Shown one piece after another: positions 39,590 through 52,700 of a stretch of DNA of 64,000 nt. Source of the stretch: Octopus bimaculoides. Lineage: Eukaryota. Positions within the stretch are counted from its first letter, which is position 1. Each line of letters begins with the position of its first letter. Location: positions 4,168,738 to 4,232,737 of the forward strand of contig NC_068988.1 in assembly GCF_001194135.2 (NCBI RefSeq), given 5' to 3'. Position numbers and translations under genes: made by a program. The notes below the pieces were generated by a model. The model did no database searches, was not told the origin of the DNA, and was given only the letters and a program-made list of their open reading frames with translations.

Positions 39590-40625
39590 TTCTTGACATT
39601 GCACCCTGGTGGAAACATTGGCAAATAGTGTCTATGATCAATGATTAAACCACATCTGACATATTTTATTACGTGTACTTAACATCAATGGGTTCTTTCT
39701 GTGGAATCAGTCAAAGAGTTCTTGGGATGAGGTTTCTTGAACCAAAATGCATTTTCTCTCCAGTACTTATTATGATTAAGTTCAAGTGAATGTTGCTTCA
39801 ATTTCATTGGGTCTAGGGTTCAAATACTAATGCTGGCCTTGTAGTATATCTCTTGGTTAAACACATGACTTTGATGCATTTTTGAGAAAAACACGTTTTA
39901 AGCTATTACCCCTGGGAAATATCAATTAAGAAAATATATTCTACAACTGAGTATCTTACACTAATTGCAATAGCTTATTTGAAGAATAAAGTCTTGTTAC
40001 ACTTTATGTTATTGGTGTTGTAATACACTACAGGAAAAGATCTTATATTCTTCTTGGGTCTCATACTTTTGAAGTACAAGAATTTCTTACAACATGCAGA
40101 ATAAAAATTTGAAGCTAGCAGCAGGAAAACTCCCTGATTCTCTTCTCTAGTTAATCCCAACCAAAAACTTTTGGAAAATATACTTTTCATAACATACAGT
40201 ACAATTGCAACTAGCATACAGAATATTCAGCATATGCTACATCTATGAAGCCTCTGTAGTACTTTTTTTACCTCCTGCTCTTTGGCAGATTGTCCTATTA
40301 TCTTAACCAGTTGAGACTCTCTTAGAATTAAGTAAGTACTCAAGTGGATTAATTTTAACTTTAAGAACTAATATAAATGTTTAACTACACAAATAGCATC
40401 AGTCTAATCTTGGAGTAGACACTTGGCCAAACGACAAAAGAAGACAGAAATTTGATGGTGAACACTTACTGTTGTTTTGTTATGTCTAATCTTTGATGAA
40501 ATAATTATGAAATCATTTCATCATTTAACTCTGCTTTCCTACTGGCAAGAGAATGAAAGGCTAATACAATTCTATGTAGTGTAAAAAGTAACAATGAAAA
40601 ATACGTTTTAATAAGACTGGCAAAG

Positions 40626-40840
40626 AAGGCAGTATGCTGGCAGAACCATGAGCTCACTCGGCAAAGTGCTTGGCAGCATTTCATCCTTCTGAGTTCAAAT
40701 TCCACTAGGACCAACTTTGCTTTTCATTCTTTCAGGGTTGATAAAATAAGTACTAGCCAAGCACTGAGGTCGGTGTAATCGATTCCACCCCACCCCACCC
40801 CGCCCCGAAACTGTTGGCTTTGTGCCAAAATTTGAAATTA
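40626..40840 (+). mobile_element. SINE family B
   Basis: Homology to the other family B copies. Confidence 0.8.
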
Positions 40841-41288
40841 AGAAGACTGGGAATGACCAGAATACCTTAAAGGTTAAGAAGTATGATACAGTCGCAGTAT
40901 ATGACACTTTGGGTGTCTTCTAAAATAGCCCCAGGTCAACCAAAACCTTTTAAGTGGATTTGGTAAATGGAAAATGAAAGACGCTTGTCATGTATATATG
41001 CTTGTGTGTGTGTGTGTGTGTTTGTGTGCGCATGTGTGTATTTATCATTGCAACTTTAACATCTACTTTTCCATCTTTGCATGGATCGGATGAAATTTAT
41101 TGATGCAGATTTTCTGCAGTCCTTTCTGTCACCAATCTTCTGTTTCATAGAAGGATAATATTTTCCCCACAGCCAGACATGTTTTTGCAGAACATTGAAA
41201 GTGAATGACATTCATACATGGATGAGAGTGACAGTCGTTTACAACTATCACATGACGTCAAAATAACGACGCGCGCGCGCGCACACAG

Positions 41289-41324
<36 letters not shown>

Positions 41325-41334
41325 NNNNNNNNNN
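41325..41334. other. Assembly gap (10 N) with near-identical (CA)-rich sequence on both sides
   Basis: GCACACAGACACAC...ATATACACAC is repeated on each side of the gap, probably an unmerged contig overlap. Confidence 0.9.
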
Positions 41335-41343
41335 CGCACACAG

Positions 41344-41394
<51 letters not shown>

Positions 41395-43202
41395 TACACA
41401 CACACACACACAATAGGCTTCTTTCAGTTTCCATGTTGAAACATGTACAGTGTTAGAGGAAAAAATACCCTGCTTGTAAACCATGTGAGGGCTGGCAATA
41501 GAAAGGAGTCACTGGCCATAGCAAAGAATGCCTCAACAAATTCTATCTGACCCATGCAAGTATGAAAAAGTGGATGTTAAAATAAATATAATGATGATGA
41601 TGTGTGTATACACATACAAACATACATGCATACGTAGGTGCAGTCAATATCAGATGTGCAGGCATAGGGGACCATTTAAAATTTGTTTTTGAACGTTTTC
41701 TTCAACATTTATGCCACCCCCACCCCCCAGTCTTTATCAATAACTGGTTTATTTCTCCAATGATAAATAAAAGAAACACCTTTTCTTGAGCTGTCCTGAC
41801 CAGATTTTTTAAAATATCCCTTATACCACATGGATTTTTTTGGAATTTTGCAAACACCATCATGGCTAAAATTAATAACAGCATCATTAATGAAAACAGC
41901 ACAACAGCACCAGTAAGCTATCTGAGAAGATGTAAGAATATACCAGACTTTCCTCAAGTTTAAAATGTAACAATTGTTTTTTTGTTATCTACATTCCAAT
42001 GATGGAGCTTTTGTATTTTTGTTAAAAATGAATTCCTTCTTCATCAGAAGAATTCAAATAATTAAAAACAGAATAGAACATACAAACATACATACATACA
42101 AACATACATACACACACATGCATACATACATACATACATACACACATACATGCATGCATGCATACATACATATATGCATATTATATATGTGTTGTCTTTC
42201 TCTGATGTTTACTGGAAAATGTTATGAACACTGCTAGTAAAACACAAAGCTGTAATGCTGCTGCATAATTCTTTGTTAATTATAATCTGTACTTTTTACT
42301 CGATTGGTTTACATTAGTAAGAAAGCAATTACCTCGATTGTCAACACTGGAGGTTTGTTTTGGCTTTTGTTTCATTTTTTTTTTTCCTCAGCCACTTGCT
42401 TAGAAATATATGAATTGTGATTGTTTGAGCAGCACTCTCAAGAAATCACCTCCAGTCAAAGAAGCAGTGAGCAGAAGAGATTCTTTATTGCAGGAAGAAA
42501 GAAAGATTTGTAGATGAAAGAATCTGATTAAGAATTAAATAAGTAAGGAAATGGATATTTTGTGTCAGAGGAAGTGAGTGAAATGAACTCTTGAAAGTAT
42601 AAAGGAAAATTGTTGAAAACTCTTACATAGAGCATCTCTGTGGTCAAATGACAACAGACAATTGTGGACACAAAATATTTTGTGTCAACTTTAAATATTG
42701 AGCTGAAAGGGCCAGAATAATAGTTACATCTGGCTACAGTGCCAATTCCAAAGTTTCTCTGAATGGATTCTATTAATTATAATTATTTATTTTAGGTTTA
42801 TGTCAAAGCAGAACAATTGCTGGCTTTCTCTATTTATTACTTTTACTTGCTACTGTACATAATGGATGGAATAATGATGCTGTCAATGATGGAAGAGGAG
42901 GAGGGGGTGGAGAGGGGGAGAATGAGGGGGAAGTGGAGTGTAGCAATGGCTTTTTTGCTGCTTAGCCTCAGGTCAACTTAACAATTATCAAAAAGTGACC
43001 ATCCAGCCATGACTATCCATTATTATTTTTTTTTGTTTTTGTATTTTTCAGAAACAATATTCTCAAGATCCCGTCATCATTAAAAAATGAAGTGTAGCTG
43101 CTGATTCTGAAAGGTCTAGCTTCCACATAGAGGTATCTCTCTCTATCTCTGTCTGTATGTCTGTCTCTCTCTCTCTCATGCATATATCTATATATATATA
43201 TA

Positions 43203-43264
<62 letters not shown>

Positions 43265-43439
43265 TGAGAATGTATGTCTGTGTGTGTCTGTGTGTGTCTG
43301 TGTGTCTGTGTATGTGTGTGAATACATATTCTTTGTCATTGCTCTTCTACATCTCTGTCTTTAGAGTTTGGGAAGAAACTAGGAAATAGTTAACCACTGG
43401 TTATTAATAGATGGCCTAAACTTGTATGGAGAGAGAATT

Positions 43440-43800
43440 GGATGCTTTTGTCAGTTTAGTAAGAGTATTTAGGAATGAGATGACAATGGAATCTGGGATT
43501 TCTGAGCATGGGGTCTTTTGATAAAAAGTAGTTGGTACAGTAAAAGTGATTGAATAAATCTACAAAATGAAGAAAGGACAAAAGGAATTGACAGAGATGT
43601 GGATATAAATATCTGGAAATTTTAAAGGCTGATGGAATAAAGGATGGAATAATGAGAGGCAAAAATCAAGAGAGAATGTTTCCAATGAGTAAAGAAGATA
43701 TTAAAATCCAAACCAATGGCATAAATATTATTATTGCCATAAACTCAAAAGCAGTATCAATCATCAAACTTTGTATGAGAAGAATCAAATGAATAAAGGA
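43440..43800 (-). mobile_element. Possible very old PLE RT relic
   Basis: Fragments such as WFGF.NIFFTHW, SIPFV and FIKRPHAQ....SSH weakly resemble WxRYIDDIFFIW, IPFLD and KPTxxxxYLxxxSxHP in order. Confidence 0.3.
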
Positions 43801-46328
43801 AGTTCTTGAGGAAGGAAAGAGAGGAATTGGTGAGAGTCTGTTGATGCAACTATTGTCAGATGTTGACTGATTATATTTCAACAGCGAAAATACCAGATGA
43901 GAGGCTAAGTATGGATGGCTGTTCAGGAGTAAAGGTACAGTTTGAGAAAGTATATTCTTGATTGGTGATTATTGATGTCTGGAAGGATGGAATGGTAAGT
44001 GAAATTTGTAGGATTTGAACTTAAAGTATAATGCAATTCAACAAAAGAGACAAAAATGTCATTGTGGGCAGCACTTTTATTAATTGCACAATCTACCACA
44101 CTTGCAAAAGTAATAATAATAACAATTTTTTTCTTTGGTATAATCTTTAAACTTTTAGGCATGTGTCAATTTGAATCATACATGCCTTTCTCAAAGGAAC
44201 TATTGATGTTAATAGAATGGAAGCCAAAAAAGAAAAAAAAGACAGAAAAGAAAGAAGAAAATAAGAAAGCACACTTATAAGATCAGTTAGTCTAGAAGTT
44301 GCTACCACAAACAACATATTCTGCAATTCATAAAGAAAGAAATTTCATAAGTATATAAAAAGCAAAAACTAAAAACCCTTTGTTGTAAACAGAGATAAGA
44401 ATTCTCTGAACTTTCTACACCCTAACCATTATGCTCTGATTATCTCTCTCTCTCTCACACACGCACACACACTATTTCTATCAAGATGTACTAGTCTAAA
44501 GATTATAGCTGCTGATTCTCTTATCTATTCAAGAATTTCTAATGTAACTTGACTTTGTGATGCAGTCAAAGTGTTAGAGAGATCCCATAGCATCTTTTGT
44601 CAGCCTATTGTCTACTTCAAGCTTCACAGGATACAATCCCTGCATACTACTTTCTTCCACACAATACAAGTTCAGTTCCTTCAAGTTATTGGGCTTTTCT
44701 GGCTCCTCAAGCAGACACTAGACACAAGATCAAAAGACTGGTGTCTCTAAATGATAAAGAGCCATCCTCAAGCTATAAACATTATTACGCTTCCTCTGTC
44801 AGACTGGGTATCTTTCACTATGTACATATATGAATAATAACAAAAATATTTCTCTTACTCTGCAACTGTAGGCACATAGGTGTGTATGTACAGTATAGAG
44901 ATGCTTCTACTGATGTATGTGGATGTGTACATGTAGGTTTATGTGTGTATCTGTGCATGAATGAATATATGCATGGAATATGTTTTTACATGTGTATGCA
45001 AGAATGTATGAATGTAGGTATGCGTATATATGTATGTGCATGTGTAAGAGAATATACATGTGTATGGTATTCATATGTGCATATAATTCTAAAACATAAA
45101 GGTTTATGTATGTTTGCAAGAGTGCATTAATAAATAGGAATATTTTTGTTCTTATATGCAAATGTATGTAAAGAAAAATATCTTTGAATATGTGAGTATT
45201 TTGCTATAGTTATACACACACACATATATACATACATATATACAGAGACAGAGAGAGATGTGCATATGCATGCATACACATATTAGTCAATGAAAGTTGA
45301 AGTGCCTATCTGTGCGCATTGTAAGTGAATAAAAACAATGAATTAGAAAGAAATAATCATTTTGATACAAAGTTGATTTGCTGTATTTTTTACTTTATTA
45401 AAAACAGGTTCAGAAGAATACGCCATCCCAATAAAATAGAATAAATTGAAGTAAAAACACAATGAAATCTAAACTATAATCATAGAAAATGAAACGGTTT
45501 TTAAGTTATGAGAAGATTAAGCTCAAAGACTATATTCTGGACGGATTTGGCTTTTTTGTTGGTTTTTTTTTTCCATTAAAGGAGGACAACACTATTAAAA
45601 GATGTTAAAGCAGGAAAATATTACATCACTTTTGTTGAAGAATTCTAAGTCACATCAACTAAGATTAGAAGTAACAGCAGCAGGGAGGAGGAGGAGGGGG
45701 AGATTTAGCAAATGTTAAAATGGTACATTTTGGGGTGGCGTTATTTTTTAATGTATCTAGAGTTTTTGGAGAGAAGATATAAATTTGGGAATAAGAAATA
45801 AAAATGATTAAGAAAGATGAAGTTAACTGCAAAAGTCAGATAATAATTTTTCTTCTCTTTTATTTGCTGGAGAAACATGCAAGAGTTAGGTATTTGTACT
45901 TTAAACTTGAAACATGTGCACATGTGTGTGTGTGTGTGTGTATCTGTTGGTGTGCATGTAAGCTGGTATGCATATTAGTGTGAGTGAATGTGTGTATATA
46001 TACATACATACATGCACACATACATACATACATATATATATATAAATGTGTGTGTATTTATATATGTGTGTGTGTATGCATGTTTATATATATGTATATA
46101 CATACACACACATATTTAACTTTGTGGATGTTTGTGTATGTGTGTGTGTAAGCGTATATATTTATATGAGTGTATTAATGTATTAGGTTGTCACAATCTC
46201 GTGCCTAAGTCTTGCACACGCAGGATGTGTTCCTGTAATCTAGCACACTTACATAAATAGTTACACACTTCCATTCACATACATGAATAGTTATACATCT
46301 CTTCACTCATGGTAACGTTCACTCTCTT

Positions 46329-46359
<31 letters not shown>

Positions 46360-46993
46360 GACTTATATACCTATAGTCGCACACATTAAATATTTATATA
46401 CACACACACACCAGTTTTTTTTTATACATAATACAAATGCACTTTCCTCTTTTCCTTATTTCTGCATGCTTAGATAAAGTCAGTCTTTTATTCAAGTTTT
46501 TTTTTTCAAATCTTCCATAAAATGCAAACGTTTTTGTTTTTATTCAAATAGAATGTTTTGTGTTCAAGGACAGAAAATATTACTGCACGAAACACAAGCA
46601 GACATCTTCATTCTTATTTTCAGCACTTCACTTGCCTTGTTTAACGACCATATATTACATAAGATGAAGAAATTGGTTTTTACATCGTAAATTTTGTGTT
46701 AATTCTACCAATGTTTTATTCTGAGTATTTTCAGTGAACTTTTCAGTTGTTCTTTCTCCTATTTTATAATTTATTTCATCTGTTTTCATCATCAAACTTT
46801 ATGATTTTTGGTCAGGAAAAAGCCATATATTAGCATTTCCACTTTCAAATTTCTGCAATCACTGAGACGGTTTTTAAGAAAAGGGGAAATAACTATGTTG
46901 ATGTACTTTGTATGAGCAATTAAAATATGTAAAACATGAGGAAAGCTGATCTTATTGTGCACTAAATATGATACATTCTTTAATGGATAAAAA

Positions 46994-47250
46994 TGGTAAA
47001 GACCCCCTTCGGTCATGAATGACCATGGGATTGCACCTAGAAAGTTACCCTCCAAGGTATAAGTCCAGGCAAACTTGTTTATGGGAGACCCTCTCTTGTA
47101 CTCTTTCGCCCCAACTTTCTCTCACTGTTTCTTCCTGTTCCTTGAGTAATGTTGCGATGGACTGGCATCCCGTCCAGCTGGAGGAAACACATAGGCCATA
47201 GAAACCGGGAAACCGGGCCCATGAGCCTGGATAGGCTTTAAAAGGGCGCT
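46994..47250. mobile_element. Well-preserved SINE-like sequence, probably two joined fragments
   Basis: GC- and CpG-richer than its flanks. The left part has a GGTCAT-GA-ATGACC hairpin (47010-47023). The right part has GCGATGGACTGGCATCCCGTCCAG (47154-47177), resembling a motif of V-type and cnidarian SINEs (from memory). Confidence 0.55.
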
Positions 47251-47280
47251 TAATAAAGAAAACAAAAAATATTCTTAACA

Positions 47281-47488
47281 ATGGCTTCAAATTTTGTCAC
47301 AAGGCCAGCAATTTGGGGGGAGGGGACTAGTCCATTACATTGACCCCCATTGCTCAATCAGTACTTTTTAATCAACCCTGAAAGGTAAAATCAACCTCAG
47401 CAGAATTTGAACTCAGAATATAAAGACAGACGAAATGTTGCTAAGCATTTTGCCTGACGTACTAACGATTCTGTTAGCTCACCACTTT
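47281..47488 (-). mobile_element. SINE family B
   Basis: Homology to the other family B copies. Confidence 0.85.
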
Positions 47489-47955
47489 ACACTCTTAACA
47501 TATTAATACAATACATATCCCCGTGTGTGCATGTGTGTGCACATGTATGTGAGTGTGAGTGTGAATAGATGGCTTACAATAAAATGACATATTAAGCTGG
47601 ATCACAATTCATGATCCTCCTCAAATTTGTATAATGTTCAATTACTAATGTGCCCACTTTGTGCTAACTTATGAAAGCAGGCATAACACATGATGATGAT
47701 GATGATTAATTAAAATTATATATAATTAATTGGTATTTAATATGTATCTTATAGTTTCTTAGTAAATAGATGCTATGTCTGCTGCAATCATTTTGATCTC
47801 TTGTGAATTTATAATCTACAAATCATTTTATTATTAATTCCAGCAGTATTCTTTCAAATCAAGTTAATAAAAGCAATAATACTTTCAGGAAAGTCTTTTG
47901 TTTTAAGATTATAAGAAGAGATAAGAAAATGTTTATTAATATTTATAATCGTTCA

Positions 47956-48160
47956 AAGGCGACGATCTGGCAGAATTGTTACCATGCCGGACAAAATACC
48001 TAGCAGCATTTCTTCTAACTTTGCATTCTGAATTTAAATGCTGCTGAAGGTTACTTTCAGGGGTCGATAAATAAAGTACCAGTTGAGCCCTGATGTTGAT
48101 CTAGTCAACTTACTCCCTCCCACAAAATTGCTGGCCTTGTACCAAAATTTCAAATCAATA
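47956..48160 (+). mobile_element. SINE family B
   Basis: AAGGCGACGATCTGGCAGAATTG head and GGCCTTGTACCAAAATTTCAAATC tail. Confidence 0.8.
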
Positions 48161-48182
48161 TTTACAATCATTTAGACACATT

Positions 48183-48340
48183 AGGCACAGGCAAGGCTGT
48201 GTGGTTGAAGGGTTTACTGTCGAACCACATAGATTCAGGTTCAGTCCCACTGTGCAGCACCTTGAGCAAGTGTTTTCTACTATAGTTCTAGGACCAAACC
48301 ATTCTGAGTGAATTTTGTTGGCAAAAGACTCAAAGACTGT
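48183..48340 (+). mobile_element. SINE family A 5' part (older copy)
   Basis: GGCTGTGTGGTT...GGTTCAGTCCCACTG..CACCTTGAGCAAGTG...CTACTATAG. Confidence 0.75.
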
Positions 48341-48377
48341 TATATGTATACGTGTATGCATATGATTGTGCATATGT

Positions 48378-48762
48378 GAGTGGCTGTGTGGTAAGTAGCT
48401 TGCTTACAAGCCACATGGTTTCGGGTTCAGTCCCACTGCATGGCACCTTGGGCAAGTGTCTTCTACTATAGCCTTGGGCCGACCAAAGCCTTGTGAGTGG
48501 ATTTGGTAGATGGAAACTGAAAGAAGACCGTCGTATATATGTATATATATATATATGTATGTGTGTGTATATGTTTGTGTGTCTGTGTTTGTCCACAACA
48601 TCGCTTGACAACTGATGGTGGTGTGTTTACGTCCCTGTAACTTAGCGGTTTGGCAAATAAGTACTAAGCTTACAAAGAATAAGTCTTGGGGTCGATTTGC
48701 TTGACTAAAGGCGGTGCTCCAGCATGGCCGCAGTCAAATGACTGAAACAAGTAAAAAAGAGT
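48378..48762 (+). mobile_element. SINE family A, near full-length
   Basis: tRNA-like head GGCTGTGTGG...GGGTTCAGTCC, CORE-like CACCTTGGGCAAGTG, internal (TA)/(TG) tract and tail CAGCATGGCCGCAGTCAAATGACTGAAACAAGT. Confidence 0.9.
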
Positions 48763-49164
48763 GTACATGTGTGTGTGAGCGTGAGTGTGTGTGTGTATGT
48801 GTATGAGTAAGTGTGTGTGTGTATGTTTGTGTGTGTAGGTGTGTGAGACCAGTTGTGTTTGTCTGTGGTTCCTTGCACAAAGGTAAGATAGGCAGGGTTG
48901 TTGTAGTGAATTCTCCTGTCCAGAAATCATTCAGTCACTTCAAAGTTGTGTAGAATTAGATCCTTTACATGAAAACAGGTAAGGGTTAATATCAGGGAGG
49001 GAATCCAGTGGCAAAACAATGCTTCAAATGACATATTTGTCCAATTCAGGTAACAAAAGATGTAAAAACAAATGAATTATTTTATAAATTGCAGTTAAAC
49101 AATGAAGAAAGACCAAAATGTGTTGCATTTTAGAATTTAAATGAAAAACCTTCCTAATTCATCA

Positions 49165-49345
49165 TCCCCATTTAACGTCTGCTTTCCTTGCTGGTATGGG
49201 TTGGCTGACCTGATAGCAGCTGGCAAGGCCAGGGGCCACCGTGGGTTCCATTGCCTGATTTGGCTTGGCTTCTACAGCTGGATGCTCTTACTAAAACCAA
49301 CCACTTTACAGAGTGTACTGGGTGCTTTTCGGTGGTACCAGCATC
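49165..49345 (-). mobile_element. RTE-tail repeat (family C)
   Basis: CATTTAACGTCTGCTTTCCTTGCTGGTATGGGTTGG...GGATGCTCTT...CCAACCACTTTACAGAGTG is the reverse complement of the 3' UTR at 3040-3210 and 32160-32323. Confidence 0.75.
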
Positions 49346-51409
49346 AGTATCTATGTTAAGAAAACTCACAAAGACAATAAGCCAACAACGGAGACTCCAT
49401 GTGGTCTCTCAATCTGCTAGAAATAGCAGCTAAATCACTCCCAAATCATACTCCACTGTCTAAGATAATGTAGTTAGTCATAGGTATACTCCCCAGAAGA
49501 TAGGATCATTACAGATGTAATATCTTTAAGTGTAGTCCAGGTTGATCAATAGAACTTGAGGCTTAACATCAACAACACAAGGCAACTGTATCCCAGAAAT
49601 AGTTATATATTCAGTGTCTAATTAAAGTATTTGATTAAAATCTCTGCTTCTCATTTCATGTCATGTCTTTAATATCAATTGATATTTTAATTTAATTTCA
49701 ACCCTGCATGCCACAGTGGAATTACTTTATATCATAAATCAAAAGTTGATTCATCTTCATACCATAGCTCACTTAATTCTTCATAGAATTGTTTGTCATA
49801 TTTTACTATGTAACCTCTTCATGTTTCTATATAGGCTTGATCAATTTTTCTAAAGTAGTGCAGTTGTTAACCAAGCAGAGATTTAGGAGCTGCTTCGCAT
49901 ATCTAAACTAACTTTATGCCTTAGTCAGGCCTGAGACAAAGATTCTTATTTAGTCATGCACTGCTTTTAACACTTCTATCACAAGACAGCCAAGGTATGT
50001 TACAACTGTTCTGACACAAAATTTTGTTTCTTTTCCATCAAACTGCCAAAGCTAGTGTCCCTCCAGTTTCCACTATTCATTGTTAATTTAGCTAAATATG
50101 TAAAACCATAGTAAAAGATAATGAAAACCATTCTTGCCCAAATTATCCAAATTTGTTGTAAGAATATAGTTTAATAACTTGGGTCATGTGTGATTCCCAC
50201 TTTACAAATTACTGAAGTCAAGAGGCAAATAGATACATTATTTACTTAACCATTGTTGTTGTTGTTCTGACTGATACAACTTCGTGTTAGTTTCTTTCTT
50301 AAGAATTTGCAAATATCTTATTCCATTATAATGTCTCCTCCTTGAAAACCAGATCTAGTTAAACCTAATGCATAAGAAGCTGGAAGATTTTACATGACCA
50401 CTCTAGTCTAAGTGGTTACCATTGTGTGGAGAAATGTAATGCATCAAACGGAAATCGTTAAAGATTGCAGGTAAAAGTTGTCTTGTTTTATCTCTTCATT
50501 TTTCAGAATGTAGGCAAATTTGCTCCTTTACACAGTTCTCATCTAAGACACCAATATTCAAGAACACAGACAGATTCACAGCATGTTATTAGATTATAAA
50601 AGTTTTTTTTATTTGATTTATCGAAATCTGAAACAATGCTTTTACTTGGTATCCTATGCTCCTTTTCATAAATGCTATGGCAGCTTTTATTAACCTTTAA
50701 TAAAACGCTAAAGCATTAATAAAGTTTATAAATAAAAATAACTTTCTGACATAATAACCTGTATTTTCATAAAATTTCTCTGATTTAATCCAGTAAAGCT
50801 ATTTTAATGTTATTTCATTATGACAATTTCAATACACACTTTACCAACACAACAGTCTTGAAGTATAATAAGTATTAGAAAATTTTATGCTGATATGAAA
50901 TTAAAATTATTTGAAACCTAGTTTATTGAAAGTAGTAACCTGACCTCTTATGAAGTGAACAGTAAAAATAAGCTTTTGAAATAATAAACTGAGGTGAAAA
51001 TTTTAAAAATATTGCTTTCTATGTATGATGATAACAATTTAATTTAGTAGAGATTTCTAAGAGAACAGAGGAAATGCCTTCTTTTGCTAGTCTGTTGTAA
51101 TATTGAAGCCATAACTGTGTAAGTAATCAATAGATCTTTCTATTAATTATATATCTGATATATTATTGGCATATGATTCATTGGTGCTTTTCCCTGTTGC
51201 TTAAGAAAATATATAATTACAGCTGATAACCCATGTGAACTTGAGAGTAATCTAGAAACTTCTTAGATTTAAACTGGTCTTTATAACCTGGTTCTAGCAA
51301 CAGAAACGAAAGGAAATCAAAAAGTAAAATTGAGCTAGAAAAGTACTTGCTGTATTATAATTTAATTTGTAAAAAGTAAGAATACATACAAAATCCTGAA
51401 ATAATTCTG

Positions 51410-51525
51410 GTGAAGGTATGTGACCTAGTGGTCAGGGTGTTGTACTCACAATTGTTAGACCACAGTTTCAATTCCCAGACGGGGCTGCATGTGTTCTTGA
51501 GCAAAACACTTCATTTCAAGTTTCT
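51410..51525 (+). mobile_element. 5' fragment of another tRNA-derived SINE
   Basis: A-box-like TGACCTAGTGG, B-box-like GTTTCAATTCC, then CORE-like TTCTTGAGCAAAACACTT. Confidence 0.55.
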
Positions 51526-51999
51526 CTGCATGTCATAAAAATTGACTAAAAAGAGGTTGAGGTAGGATTTGTACTCCAACCTCATAAAACTCTCACTGCC
51601 CCAAAAATCCCCATGGGTTGGAGGGTTCTTGTCTGAGTGGTAGAGAGGTATTATCTGCCAAGAGTTGAAGAGAATCACCAAATGGTGGATGCAGCAATGG
51701 ACTGTTACAGCACATACCCCATACTACTATATTACAACTGCTGAAGAGAATAGTATATAAATGGATACATTTATTTCTATAAAATCTATAAAATGCCATT
51801 CCACTTGAAAAACTAAATAAAGCATCACCTGACAAAAGAAACATGTTCAAACACAAAATAGAAAACCATGTCTCTTTGATGAAGAATTAAAATTTTAACA
51901 TTTAGTATTATCAAAGTTTACTACAATTGAGCAAAATTAAAAATGAGAAATTTAATTCAGAGTAAAAACTGAAATACTGTAAGAGAAAGTTGAAAAAGG

Positions 52000-52700
52000 A
52001 GTATCAAATTTTCCTGGATTAAACTTCATATATGACCATATATGGTCATCGTTTCCAGTGAACTCAGTGTCTGCTGTGCCCCTTTGGGTTGACGGTGTCA
52101 TGGCCATTATGACATCCATGAAAGCTTAACAAACTAGATACCATGTACTCTCATTAGTTTAAGGACCTCTTGACTATCCCCCCCCCCCTAATTCTAGCAT
52201 TATATTCATGGCCACCACAAATAGGACCAAAGAAATTGTGCATCCTACAAAAATGCCCTTTTCCAGTTTCTGCCATTTAGAGGTGAAATTCCCCACAATG
52301 AACTTCATGTTCAGCAAATCAATGTATGACATCATGAGCCTGACTACTTCTATTGGTAGGCTTCAAATGCACTTTGGAGTAGCTGGTGGGGGGCATGCTT
52401 GAGTACAGATTGGCAAGATACAACCATACAAAAAAAATCTCTTGTTCCTCTTTGTCTCAGTGACATAACTGTCAGTTGGTGTATGTTTGAGGCATCCAGA
52501 GTGGCCCGACCCCTGCTTCCCTTTTTTCTCTCAGATTGATGCACTCATTGGCCAGCAGATATGATATTACCATTTTGCCAATGATGGCCCAAAAGATCTT
52601 TTCCTCAATGTCTAAGAGAAAGATCTCTTGAAACTGTTTAAATCCTGCTGAGTTTTCTTCTTTTGGGACAAAACAGCCCTCACTAGGGGTCCAAAATCAG
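52000..52700 (-). mobile_element. Non-LTR retrotransposon RT fragment, HERO-like
   Basis: Frameshifted minus translation: SEGCFVPKEENS..FKQFQEIFLLDIEEKIF, SGCLKHT, VWLYLANLYSSMP, HQLLQSAF, FTSKWQKLEKGIFVGCTISLVLFVVAMN, AFMDV, MKFNPGK. These are RT motifs in order. Confidence 0.8.

Noticed and set aside
46624-46686. 63-nt symmetric open exon candidate (TSLALFNDHILHKMKKLVF)
   Set aside because: Plausible signals, but no recognisable protein or partner exons; needs RNA-seq.
52032-52049. Perfect 18-bp palindrome ATGACCATATATGGTCAT
   Set aside because: It lies inside the decayed RT reading frame as a single copy, with no evidence of function.
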